Shown: positions 31,252 through 42,499 of the stretch, one piece after another
Numbering within the stretch: position 1 is the stretch's first letter
Layout of the letters: each line of letters starts with the position of its first letter
Assembly: GCA_964035575.1 (NCBI GenBank)
Contig: OZ037846.1
Span: 1,240,001-1,304,000 of the forward strand
Source: Rhynchopus sp. YZ270_cl-10
Lineage: Eukaryota
Length of the DNA stretch: 64,000 nucleotides
Reading direction: 5' to 3'
The notes under the pieces: model-generated
What the model saw: the letters and a program-made list of their open reading frames with translations, nothing else
The model's database searches: none
What the model was told of the DNA's origin: nothing
Program-made: the position numbers and the translations under genes

Positions 31252-32797
31252 TTAATTAAATGATTTATTAGTCTGCAGTCTGGGGGAGGGTCGGTACATA
31301 AAAAAAAGTAACGAACAAAAATATGTCACCGCAAAGTTTTTCTTCTTCTCATAGTTACGACGACGTATTTCATATTCTCGAGACCCTCGTGAAAGTTGCG
31401 CGTCGTCGTATCCCCTCCTCTCCGGCTTGTTTCCCCCTCTCTTTTGTGACAAGCAAAGAGTAACGAGTCTCTCGAGTGTTTCTTTTGTTTTTATACCTCC
31501 AAAGGAGAAACAGCGCCTCCGATACGGTCGCCAAATCACCCCCCTTCCAACAGGGTAATTGAGCAATCGACGAAAAAACCTTTTTTCCTTTTACCTACCG
31601 ATCAGAGCATTTTTGATGTAAATCACGGATGGATTTACAGGAAGATGGATGTAGGACAGCATGGTTGGGTGTCCACCCCGGTACAGCCGGTCATGTACCA
31701 AGGTACACTGTTCACGAGAGGGATTTGTATTTCAACTCTACTTGATTTTTTTTTTTTGCGGAAAGCGGGGGTGCAGCGTAAATCTAACCTGCCTGTTTAT
31801 TTCAAGCTCACTCATTTCTCTCAAAGGTGTTCGAGAGCAGAAGTAGTGGAAAAACCGACGTCATCCAAAGAAAAACTGCAGGGACAGTGGAGCTTGCACA
31901 GGTGGCAACTACACTCCAACATTTTTCTCTCAAAATAAAATAAAATCAGAATACCTGAAATCTCCAGATATGTAGTTTACCCTGCTTTGATGTTCTTTCC
32001 CCCACCTCTCCCTCTCCAAACGTTTCGGAGGTCTCCCCCACGCCCCCCCAGTTAGTCTAGTTCCACTCAAATAAAAGTTCTCGAGTTTTTCCCCCCAGAC
32101 AATTTTTGCGTCTACACTTCAGTACACCAGTCTTCGATATTAGAGTGTACAGATCTTCCAGGCCTTCCAGAGTCGTCCGTGAGGAAGTGACCCAACTCAG
32201 TGGCTAAGATTTGTTGAAGATGACCGATGTGGTGACCATGGGGTTTTCCCTTAATTTTATTCCCATTCAGAAGAGAAGTAATCTGAGGATACGTCTGCAC
32301 CGTGCAGTTGCATCCCGACGTGAGCACGCTTGAAACGAGGATAAGACGTTCATATTGAGTTGGCCAGCAAGTCCCTGATCATGGCTGATGCTTGAGTTCC
32401 TGGACATTGCTCAGCACGTCTTCCACATTTCTTCTGTTTCACCTGCTTCTCCTTCTTGTGCATGCAGCACTCGACCCTTGCTTTTCGTACACAGCCTTTG
32501 CACGGAGGTCGAGGTGTCCTTCGTCATTGATGCGGCCTCATCACAAAGGCTGGCAGGTCCCTCCACACATGTAGTGTGCCTGCCTTGATGACCAATAGAG
32601 CATTCCCAGCTATGAGGAGCTAGGGGTCTGCTTGCATGATGTGCCGTCCGATGTGCAGTTAAAGTCGTGTGTCAGGTTCTGTGGTGTACAAGTGCTCAAA
32701 TATGTTAGGCGTCCAAAATAGGCGCCAAATTGCCACATAATTACCCCCCAATTTGGAGAGAAAAACACACCACCCACCAGCATACTAAATAAAAACC

Positions 32798-35077
32798 ATG
32801 TCGAAGCGACACGTGGATGTGGACACTACATTGGACGAGAACCCACCAAAGAGAAGAAAGCGTTCTGCAGACGAGGTCTTGGTGGAGGCTGCCAAGAAGG
32901 GGGACACGACTGCTGTGCGGGCGGGACTTGACAAGCTCAGCGCAGACACAGACAATAAAACAGTGGTCTTGGATGCTGTGCACGAGGCATGCAGAGGGAA
33001 CCACGATGAATGCCTCGCACTGCTTCTTCCGTATGTTGAGACAACGCAGATGGGGTTCGGGAACTTGCTGAGTGAGTGCGTGCACGCAGACCACGTTGCG
33101 TGCACGGAGGTCCTCTTGCAGCATTGGAAGTCAGTCTGCAGCAACGTGGCGATGGTCCCACACGGGCAGGAGGATACAGAAGGGCGTGCCTGTCCAGCCA
33201 TGTGGGCAGACCCTGCAGTGTGTCAGGTGCTCATTGATGCAGGGGCAGACATTGAAACAAAGGATGGCATAGGACGTCCGCCTCTGCACTGGGCTTGCCG
33301 TTCAGGAGCACTTGCAGTTGTGAAGCTGTTGGTGACAGCAGGTGCGGGGGTGCGTGTCACAGACAACAACGGAAACACATGTCTTTTGTGTGCGTCATAT
33401 GAGGGACACACCGAGACTGTGCGCTATCTTGTGGGCTTGAAAAAACAGGGAAAACCACAGGTGGACGTGAATCTCAAATGCAACGACGGCTGGTCTGCGT
33501 TGGTCTCTGCAGTACGTCAAAAGCATGCAGATGTGGTGGAGGTGCTCATTGATGCAGGGGCAGATATTGAGGGAAAGGTTCACGACGGACGTTTGCCGCT
33601 CCACATAGCAAGTTGTGGTGCGAATGTGCAGATTGTGAAGCTGTTGGTGAAAGCAGGTGCAGGAGTGCGTGCCACAAACGAAGGAACCACATGTCTTATG
33701 CTTGCGGCCTATTGTGGGCACGCCGAGACTGTGCGCTATCTTGTGGGCTTGCCACAGATGGACGTGAACCACAAGGACATTGACGGCTGCGTTGCGTTGC
33801 ACTGCGCAGCTGATGAAAAGCATGCAGACGTGGTGGACGTGCTCATTGATGCAGGGGCTGATATTGAGATAAAGGACGACACGGGAAGTTCGCCTCTTCA
33901 CGTGGCTTGCCGTTCAGGAGCACTTGCAGTTGTGAAGCTGTTGGTGAAAGCAGGTGCGGGGGTGCGTGGCACAGACAACGACGGAAACGCGTGCCTCCTG
34001 TGTGCATCAGCTCAGGGACACACCGAGACTGTGCGCTATCTTGTGGGCTTGCCAGAGGTGGACCTGAGTCACAAGGTTAATGACGGCTGCGTTGCGTTGC
34101 ACTGCGCAGCTGATCTACAGCGTGCAGATGTGGTGGACGTGCTCATTGATGCAGGGGCTGATATTGAGATAAAGGATGACATGGGACGTTCGCCTCTGCA
34201 CTGGGCTTGCCGCTCAGGAGCACTCGACGTTGTGAAGCTGTTAGTGAAAGCAGGTGCGGGGGTGCGTGCCACAGACAACGACGGAAACACGTGTCTTATG
34301 TGCGCATCATCTGAGGGACACACCGAGACTGTGCGCTATCTTGTGGGCTTGCCAGAGGTGGACCTGAGTCACAAGGTTAATGACGGCTGGTCTGCGTTGC
34401 ACTGCGCAGCTGATCTAAAGCATGCAGATGTGGTGAAGGTGCTCATTGATGCAGGGGCTGATATCGAGATAAAGGATGACACGGGACATTCGCTTCTGCA
34501 CTGGGCTTGCCGTTCAGGAGCACTCGACGTTGTGAAGCTGTTGGCGAAAGCAGGTGCGGGGGTGCGTGTCACAGACAACCAAGGACACACGTGCCTCATG
34601 TGTGCATCAGCTCAGGGACACACCGATACTGTGCACTATCTTGTGGGCTTGCCACAGGTGGACCTGAGTCACAAGGATAATAACGGCTGCACTGCGTTGC
34701 ACCACGCAGGAGATCAAAATCATGCAGATGTGGTGAAGGTGCTCATTGATGCAGGGGCAGATATCGAGGCAAAGGACGACATGGGACGTCCGCCTCTGCA
34801 CTGGGCTTGCCGTTCAGGAGCACTCGACGTTGTGAAGATGTTGGTGAAATCAGGTGCGGGGGTGCGTGTCACAGACAATGACGGAAACACGTGTCTTATG
34901 TGGGCATCAAAAAACGGACACACCGAGACTGTGCGCTATCTTGTGGGCTTGCCAGAGGTGGACGTGAACCACAGAAATTTGTTGGGCCACACTGCATTGG
35001 ACTATGCGAGGGTGGAACAGCATGCAGATGTGGTGCAGGTTCTCCTCGAGCACCGTGGGGAAGTCTTTGCGCAATAA
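32798..35077 (+). CDS. Ankyrin-repeat protein with a ~100-aa (3-ANK) higher-order unit
   Basis: Repeated G.PLH.AC..G...VVKLL..AGA and GHTETVRYLVG motifs; a 300-bp nucleotide period (GTGCTCATTGATGCAGGGGC at ~33840, 34140, 34440, 34740); basic N-terminal PPKRRKRS. Confidence 0.95.
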   Translation: MSKRHVDVDTTLDENPPKRRKRSADEVLVEAAKKGDTTAVRAGLDKLSADTDNKTVVLDAVHEACRGNHDECLALLLPYVETTQMGFGNLLSECVHADHVACTEVLLQHWKSVCSNVAMVPHGQEDTEGRACPAMWADPAVCQVLIDAGADIETKDGIGRPPLHWACRSGALAVVKLLVTAGAGVRVTDNNGNTCLLCASYEGHTETVRYLVGLKKQGKPQVDVNLKCNDGWSALVSAVRQKHADVVEVLIDAGADIEGKVHDGRLPLHIASCGANVQIVKLLVKAGAGVRATNEGTTCLMLAAYCGHAETVRYLVGLPQMDVNHKDIDGCVALHCAADEKHADVVDVLIDAGADIEIKDDTGSSPLHVACRSGALAVVKLLVKAGAGVRGTDNDGNACLLCASAQGHTETVRYLVGLPEVDLSHKVNDGCVALHCAADLQRADVVDVLIDAGADIEIKDDMGRSPLHWACRSGALDVVKLLVKAGAGVRATDNDGNTCLMCASSEGHTETVRYLVGLPEVDLSHKVNDGWSALHCAADLKHADVVKVLIDAGADIEIKDDTGHSLLHWACRSGALDVVKLLAKAGAGVRVTDNQGHTCLMCASAQGHTDTVHYLVGLPQVDLSHKDNNGCTALHHAGDQNHADVVKVLIDAGADIEAKDDMGRPPLHWACRSGALDVVKMLVKSGAGVRVTDNDGNTCLMWASKNGHTETVRYLVGLPEVDVNHRNLLGHTALDYARVEQHADVVQVLLEHRGEVFAQ

Positions 35078-36360
35078 GGTATATTGTGCCTGTCTGTTTT
35101 CGGCAACTGAACTAAACACTCCCACTGAGGTTACGCCCTGGAGAAATGCCTTACTTTGATTTGCACAACCCACCCCCGACTGCAGGCTAAGTTTAATGAA
35201 TTACATTAATTCCCCGGGGGGTTTTTTTTTTGACAACAAACTTATGGAAGCCAGCGCAGCTGATGCTGTGCGATAACGAATATGATAAGGTGACTAAGCA
35301 CGAGAGGCTTAGGTTCATCTTATAAACTCTTCTTTTCTTTTTTTTTTTTGAAAATGGGCACCACCTATTACCCTACTACTGACTGGGAACGGCTCAAAAA
35401 TGTGAATAAAGGAGTTTTTGCCTCTCTTGTTTTTCACGAAACCCTGTGCAGACTAGTCATTTCGTTAATTAATTACCAGACCCCCACTCCTTAGTCTGCA
35501 GACTGCCCACCCCACCCCACCCCCCATCAAAAAGTACCAAAGGAAAAACAAAACTATTAGGCTAAAAAGAATGACATTGAGAGAAGACATTTATCGCTAT
35601 TTGGGTGTTGGGTTGGGGGGAAAGGAACAACGACAACTGGAACTCACGTCCCCGTCCGATGTCTAAGAAGTTCACGTCCCCCGTCCGTTGCGGTTCTCAC
35701 CAGCTGGTTGGTTGCTCGCTTCGACAGTTCTGAGTCAGGTGTAGCGTCCGTACAGTGCTCCACAGTTTTGTTTTGTAAGGCGTGATATTATTTTGCACAC
35801 TCTCTGTAGAGGCCCGTTGTGTCTTCATAACTGATGCCCAAAACCGCTGACTAAAGTTTCTGTCCTTTAAGATGCCTCGATTGTCTCAATGGGTTTGGTA
35901 TTGAACAGAGTAGCGATGTCGACTCAGTCGACTTGCACGGTCGAGCAGACTTTTTTGATTTCACTCCCCACGAAGCGCGCCAACAGTCGCAAGATGTAGG
36001 ACTGCACGATTGGGTGCCTCAGCACCCCCCCGGTCATTATACCAAAGGTACACTGTCAGAGGACTTTTGTATTTCAAGCCAACATTTTTTTTTTTTTTTT
36101 TTTTGTGTTATCAAGCATTGACGAATAGAAATGGAAAACGACGGATGGTGCGTGCCCGCTTTAGCGTATTGTTTTTCCACTAACATCACTCACATTCATC
36201 AGTGAAAAAACACAAACCTTTTGCGGGTGCGATAAAACGAAAAAGTGTTTTCTTTATTTCATTTTAACTGTCATATCCTGAAGTCGTTTTTCTATTTTTC
36301 CCCCAAATAAATATATCATCCCACACACCTTCAGTTATTCCCCTCCCCTCCCCCCTCCAC

Positions 36361-37641
36361 ATGGAAATCCGCGTGGAGTGTTCCCTGACTGGGGAGGGGT
36401 TCTGTGTCGATGTGGCGGCGGACGACACAGTAGCGTCACTTGCGGCACGTGTAGGGGGGTTGTACTATGGCACCACCACCACCACCACCGCCACCTCACG
36501 CCCCCCTCCACAACTGCTCCGACGGACGCAAGCCTCCGACGGCATCGCGATGCCTCTCGGCAGTGACAGCACCCCCATCCGTTCTACTGGATTGTGCGAG
36601 GGGGACATCCTCATTGCAGTTAGCACCACCATTGAGACATCGTGGAAGAAGCCCGCCTCATACAGGGTCCGTGGCAACCGTATTGCCCTCTCGCATTGTG
36701 GGGTATATTGTCTGTCGGCATGCTCTCATGCGAAGACAGCTACGCTTGTTAATCTTGCAAAAGGGAAGACGTCAGAGCCGCATATGGTGCGCGGAGTGCT
36801 AGGAGTGCTCGCCATGGCGGTGACGGATCAGTACATCGCATATTCGGTGTACGGTACAAAATGTGTCTCGTTATTGCGGAGGGAGGGTTTTGGGTTGATT
36901 CATGAGTTTAGCTGTTCAGCTGATGTGACGTCATTGGCGGGGACACCGAATGGTGAATACTTTATTAGCACCTCAGGAATCGATGGATGCAAAGTCTTCG
37001 AATCTGCAACCGCGCGCTGTGTCAAAGAGGACCAGGACTTCACCGGGGCTGTTGCCTCCTCGCCGAATGGGGGGTGGCTTGCTTTTGGAGGGCCGAGGGT
37101 GATGACGGCAGCATTACCTCGATTGACACAATGCTTTTTTTATACTAGAATCGATCGCGGTGGGGAGCCGGTCTTTTCACACGACAGTACCATGCTGGCC
37201 ATCCCAAATGAAAAAAGGGCAGAAGTCTACAACGTAAACGGCGCCCTCCGATGTGCCTTCGTTGCAGACGAAGAGGTGCGTGGGCTGGCGTTTACTGCAG
37301 ATGGGTTGCAGCTCTACGTGACAACATGGGGTGGCCTGCAGGTGGTCGATCCGCTACGCGGTCAAGGTCGAGGGATCTGCCTACGTCGTGTACACACCAG
37401 CGCCTTCCTCTGTGTACCTGCTATAGGGTGTGAGGAGGGTGACGATGTAGTCCTCTTTGCGTTTTCATCGGGCTTAGTGGTAAGAAGCATGGCAGAGCTA
37501 GGTGGGGTTGTGGTGGATGAAGAAGAGGAATTGCGGTTGCAAAGATTTGCAGCGATTGTGCCGATAAAGCAGGTCAACCTCGTCAGAAGGCCGCGGTTGC
37601 AGAAGACGAAGCCACCAGAGAGTGGGTGTCAATGCTGCTGA
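36361..37641 (+). CDS. Ubiquitin-like N-terminal domain + WD40-like beta-propeller, C-terminal CQCC
   Basis: The N-terminus (..VDVAADDTVASLAARV...GLCEGDILI) fits a beta-grasp pattern; blades VTSLAGTPNGEYF, VASSPNGGWLA, FSHDSTMLA, LAFTADGLQLYV. Confidence 0.8.
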   Translation: MEIRVECSLTGEGFCVDVAADDTVASLAARVGGLYYGTTTTTTATSRPPPQLLRRTQASDGIAMPLGSDSTPIRSTGLCEGDILIAVSTTIETSWKKPASYRVRGNRIALSHCGVYCLSACSHAKTATLVNLAKGKTSEPHMVRGVLGVLAMAVTDQYIAYSVYGTKCVSLLRREGFGLIHEFSCSADVTSLAGTPNGEYFISTSGIDGCKVFESATARCVKEDQDFTGAVASSPNGGWLAFGGPRVMTAALPRLTQCFFYTRIDRGGEPVFSHDSTMLAIPNEKRAEVYNVNGALRCAFVADEEVRGLAFTADGLQLYVTTWGGLQVVDPLRGQGRGICLRRVHTSAFLCVPAIGCEEGDDVVLFAFSSGLVVRSMAELGGVVVDEEEELRLQRFAAIVPIKQVNLVRRPRLQKTKPPESGCQCC

Positions 37642-38815
37642 GGGGGGTGTTTTTTGTGATGAGGGGGATCGCAAAAGAGGTCTGTTGACGGCATTCGGGG
37701 GGGATGTAGGGGATCCGACTAGTGAAGAAAAATGACCGTACAACAAAAAAAAAGTTAATTAGTACCCTTCTGGCCATCTCCCAAGCAACCCCGGATGGGG
37801 TTTAGAACGTTGCCCCCCCAAAGACGTTATTGGTAGTGGGATCATGTGTGAGGGGTGATATCATCGTCTTCTCCACGCCCAGGAATATCTTGGTGTGTTC
37901 TCCCATTATTCGTACAGTGCAACGAGCCGAGTCGGTCTAAGGCTAAGGCCGGTTCAGGACGTGGTTGGGGAGTACTCGGGAATACTTACGTTTCAGTGCG
38001 AAAAAAATACTTAGGCGTGCCTGAGGTGCGGTGTGCTTAAATGTAAGTAATCTTGAGTACGCCTCAGATACATTTTTCAACCTGGCCATTTTTCAGGCGT
38101 ACCCGACCTCGCTGTAATTGCATGATCAATTCGTGAAAATGAAAGAAAGTGGGGCACACTCTAGGGTGGCTACACTAATACAACCAAGTTTTCAAAGAAA
38201 GAAAAAAACAGAAAAATACTGCCATCTGTCAGCTGTTTCACTTCTTTTTGTCTGTTATCCTTTCTTGACTCTTTTATAGGTACGCTGTCATGAACGGGCT
38301 TCAGATTTCCAATCTTTTTTTGTTCTTTTTGTGTGTGTTTCGCTGTGTATGCATATTATGCATCTCTCTTGTGTGTGTGGCATAACCACCACCCCCCCTG
38401 CCGTACGTGGTGGAACACCCCAGCGAAAGGTCAGTTGTCGCCCCTGCCTTCCTCACAACCCCCTCAAAACATAGCTCCATTTGAGCAAAGAGGGCACGTA
38501 AGGTACGTGGGGCAAAAAAACGCTCTTTTACGGGGTTATTACACGCTGTTGATTTGTGACCAAAATCACAAAAAGAAGAACAGGGCATCTTTGACGTCCT
38601 GACCTGCTTTTGTGTAGCACATTTCAAGGTTTCTCTCTTCAAGCATAGTACTGTGTGCGAGGGCACGTCCTCGTGGGGTTTCTTTCCATGCTGTCGTCTG
38701 GTGGGCAACTTTGCAGAATTATTCTTAAAGGATTTCTTTGTTCAAAGATGTTCGCAACGAGGCACATTCATCCTTCAAGTTTTATTTCTCTCTTTTTTTT
38801 TTTTTTTTTTTGCAG

Positions 38816-39437
38816 CAGGGTTTCCGCCAGGATTTGGGGTTTCAGTAATCGGGGGGGACCATCAAAAAGACCCCCCAAAAATTTTTTCTCCCCGCAAAAG
38901 CGGTCGTCGCGCGCTTCGCGCGCGCCTCTCTGCAGGCCACAGAGTGGAGAGGCGAAGGGTGCACCAGGTTTGATAGCAGCCATGTCAAGCTTCACCAGCT
39001 GTGTGTCTGGTAGAGGTGGTTTGTTTGGAGGTCGGGGGTGGAAGCTTAACAAGGTAAAGGGTCCTGTGAGAGTGGAGAGTGATGGTGTTTGCTTTTTCTA
39101 TTGTATGGTGCTACAGTCATTACAGTGCTGCAGTGGGAACATGTAATAACTACCCGTCGCTTGCACCGAAGCCTCCTTAGAAAAAGGGGCAATGCACGGA
39201 AGTATCGATGGAAGTATATCAATATCACATAGCTAGCAACACAGCGCCGCAGGCGCACGGTACGCTACTTTTACCCTTTTTTAAAAAGATTGCACCCCCT
39301 TTTTCTTCCACTTCTTCTGGCACAGCGAGCCAAATGCTCTGCACGGTGGGGTCGCATGACCACGGGGGATCATCTACAACCTCCAAAACCCCATTTTTCT
39401 TGGGGGGGACCATGGTCCCCCCTTGGCGGAAACCCTG
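38816..39437. mobile_element. hAT-like non-autonomous element with a 5-bp TSD
   Basis: TIR CAGGGTTTCCGCCA / TGGCGGAAACCCTG; TGCAG duplicated at 38811-38815 and 39438-39442. Confidence 0.8.
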
Positions 39438-40093
39438 TGCAGATTTCTGTTTTGTCACTGAGCTTGCCTGAGGACACCTGTGTAACAGATATGCCGCCCC
39501 AGCTATATTCCCCCCCATAAGAGAGGGGTTCCTGGAACGAAAACGATAGCCAATTGAATTGTTCTCCCAGTTTGTTGTATTTCTTTTTTCTTTTTTTAAC
39601 CCTTTAGTTCCTGCGAGCCACATACGTGGCTTTACGAATGGCGACATGCTTTAAATAAATTTCTACTATATTTCGGGAAAACATTTTTTTATATTTTGAA
39701 AGATTTTGTGCAGATCTTTCAAAAGAAGCAAGAATCAAAAAAAAAATGTGCACCTGTTGATTTTTGAGAAGTGGGAGAGCCCGGGGGGTAAAATGGGAAA
39801 ATGAAGGGGAAACTGTGATATTTCCCGGCCCTCCAATGGCGACATATTTTGACTAAATTTCTACTACATTTCGGAACATTTCGGGTTTACACATTTTGAA
39901 AGATTTTGCACAGATCTTTCAAAAGAAGCAAAAATCAATTTTTTTTTGTACATCTGTTGATTTTCAGAAGTGGGAGAGCCCGGGGGGTAAAATCGGAACA
40001 TGGTAAAAAAAAGTGTGTTAGTCCCCTATCCTCCAATGGCGACATGCTTTAAATAAATTTCCACTAAACTTCGGGAAAACATTTTTGATATTT

Positions 40094-42379
40094 GGGGAAT
40101 AGTCAGTTATGCCCTACCCTTTTTTTGAAATGGTCAGAGATACCCGAAAATAAGTTCAGATATTGGTCAGAGATACCCCATTTTCAAAAATAGGGCATAA
40201 CTGACCAATATCTGAACTTATTTTCGGGTATTTCGGGTATCTCTGACTATTTCTCAACTTATTTTCGGGCATGTCTGACCATATCGCCAACTTTTTTCGG
40301 GTACCCCAAAAAAGTTGGTTTTCGGGTATACCCAGATACCCAGATACCCAGATACCCAGATACCCAGATACCCAGATACCCAGATACCCAGATACCCAGA
40401 TACCCAGATACCCAGATACCCAGATACCCAGATACCCAGATACCCAGATACCCAGATACCCAGATACCCAGATACCCAGATACCCAGATACCCAGATACC
40501 CAGATACCAGGTCCAGGTCCAGGTACCCAGGAACAGGAAAAAAGTCGTGAAAGAGCAACCACAGCTCCACATGACAAACACAAAAGTGTCCAGTCACGTG
40601 GGGCATTCATGCACTGAGGAGATAATGATCCAACAATTTACAAGAAAGATTACTTAACCTACTGCTGGAAATTGCCAGGTCGTAGTAACACACAAAGTGT
40701 GCCTCCGTTCGGGAAGACCGGATATTCTAGAGACCAAAAAGGCCTCAAGAATATCTTCCGGTAGTCAAGGTATAACCGAATGAACGGCCCAAGACCCCCG
40801 TGGAGAAGTTAAATGTTGTAATGCTATCAGGTAGAAACTGCGAACACTGTCTTACCCTCCTCAATACATGGTGGTTGATGTCTTCCACAACAAATTTCCT
40901 GTACCCAGGTACCCAGGTTCCCAGACCCACGCAGTACCACGTCGCAGTACTACGCAAAATTTACCACCAGACCCTGTCTTCGTGCACCTGAAGTACAACG
41001 CCGCAGACAGGCCAAACATGCGTTGGACTCAGAGGAATGCCCGCTGTGCAGGTATCATGAGAACCAACTCCCAGCAACAAGGGGCGCCTTTTGGCGGGCG
41101 TTGTTGAGGGTGTTTGAGGTGCAAAGTTTTCCACAATTTTGATGCGCGGGTACAGAAGTGTTATCTTGTTCTTTCATCTCTAAGAAATGTAAATGTCAAT
41201 CGCGTTTAACTACCACTAGGGCTTGTTCAGTGAACCCACGAGGGGTCGAAGGGGGTTGGTTATCCCATATCTATCAAAGGTTGTGTCGACCAGGCTAAAC
41301 CACTATGTTACGCTGTACGTTGTTAAATCCGAAGAAATAACACTTTAGCAGCCGCAGGAAGTTTGCTAAAAAGAGTGCCTCACGCTACACAAACCACCAC
41401 CCGCAATTGACTTAGATGTTATAACAAAGAGAATTCAGAACAAAACAACACCCTGCCCCATACACACTAAATTGTCATGCTTCGAGAGCATGCCTGGGCC
41501 AAAATTACTTGACAAAAAAGGCAACAAGACCACCCACAAGGAGTGTGAAATGTGCACTGGTTTTCTGGGGGAACGCAATATTTTCTTGTGCCTCGTCCTC
41601 CGTAAGCAGAGGACAGACTTTCCGGAAGGTTTCCAAAGTCGAATTTCTTGCACTAGCTATGCTCCCTGGGTTAATGGCTATAGCAGTGACTGACAAAGTG
41701 TTCCCACCCCCAGGTCTTCGTCCACAAACAAATCTAGAATAGATTGATTTGGGTGAAGCCTTGGATTTTGAGTTGTTGAATGTCGGAGAGCGGCGCTCAT
41801 CGCAATCACGGATGCAGTTCAGATTTCACGATCCTGTGATGAGTGTAAATGTGGGGTGTGATTAAGTTATGGTATACAAACGCAGTAGTCGGGAAGGGTG
41901 AGGTTAATGAAAAAAGTGGTAATAACTATGTATTTCCGCGAAATAAGGTAGCCTTTTTTCACGCTACAGAGAGTTTCCTGCTGCACTAATGGTTCCCAAG
42001 CGAAGCGAGGGACCATGTATAAGGGTTTGCGGGTTTGCAGGTATTTACCCCCACTAAAAGTAACTGTGTGTGGGGTAGAGGGGTGAAAATCATACCATGC
42101 TGCTTCAATACTGTCTCTGCTGTCGCATTCCCTCATGGTGGGTCACTCACCCACTGGGCAAAAAATCAAAGGGGGTACCCCCAAATAAGTGGGTACCCAA
42201 ATAAGTTCAGAGATACCCGAAAAAAGTTCAGATATACCCGAAAATAAGTTCAAATACCCGAAAATAAGTTCAGATATAGTCAGTTATGCCCTATTTCTGG
42301 TTTTCGGGTATATCTGAACTTATTTTCGGGTATCTCTGACCATTTCAAAAAAAGGGTAGGGTATAACTGACTATTCCCC
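40094..42379 (+). mobile_element. Mutator-like non-autonomous element with shared cargo, nested in piggyBac
   Basis: ~70-bp TIR GGGGAATAGTCAGTTATRCCCTACCCTTTTTTTGAAATGGTCAGAGATACCCGAAAATAAGTTCAGATAT; exact 9-bp TSD TTGATATTT (40085-40093 and 42380-42388). Confidence 0.92.
40331..40506 (+). repeat. (CCCAGATA)22 satellite
   Basis: Direct reading. Confidence 0.95.
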
Positions 42380-42499
42380 TTGATATTTTGAAATATTTTC
42401 CACAAATCTTTCAAAAGAAGCAAAAATCGAAAACTTTTGTGCATCCCTTAATATTTTAGAAGGGGGGGAGCCCGGGGGGCGAAACCATTAAGCTTCATC

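Larger units (their letters stand above)
28621..31294. mobile_element. Probable TA-TSD element (YCGACCCTCCCCC termini) hosting the Mutator-like insertion
   Basis: TA|TCGACCCTCCCCC ... GGGGGAGGGTCGG|TA; the terminus resembles that of the 5642 element. An internal 24-bp IR also closes at ~28814. Confidence 0.5.

Noticed and set aside
29279..31255. Kolobok/piggyBac assignment from flanking TTAA
   Set aside because: TIR alignment and the full 9-bp TTAATTAAA duplication fit a Mutator-like element better.
28812..35508. ~72-bp inverted repeats as TIRs of a composite element carrying the ankyrin gene
   Set aside because: No TSD, and the left copy lies inside another element; probably independent repeat copies.
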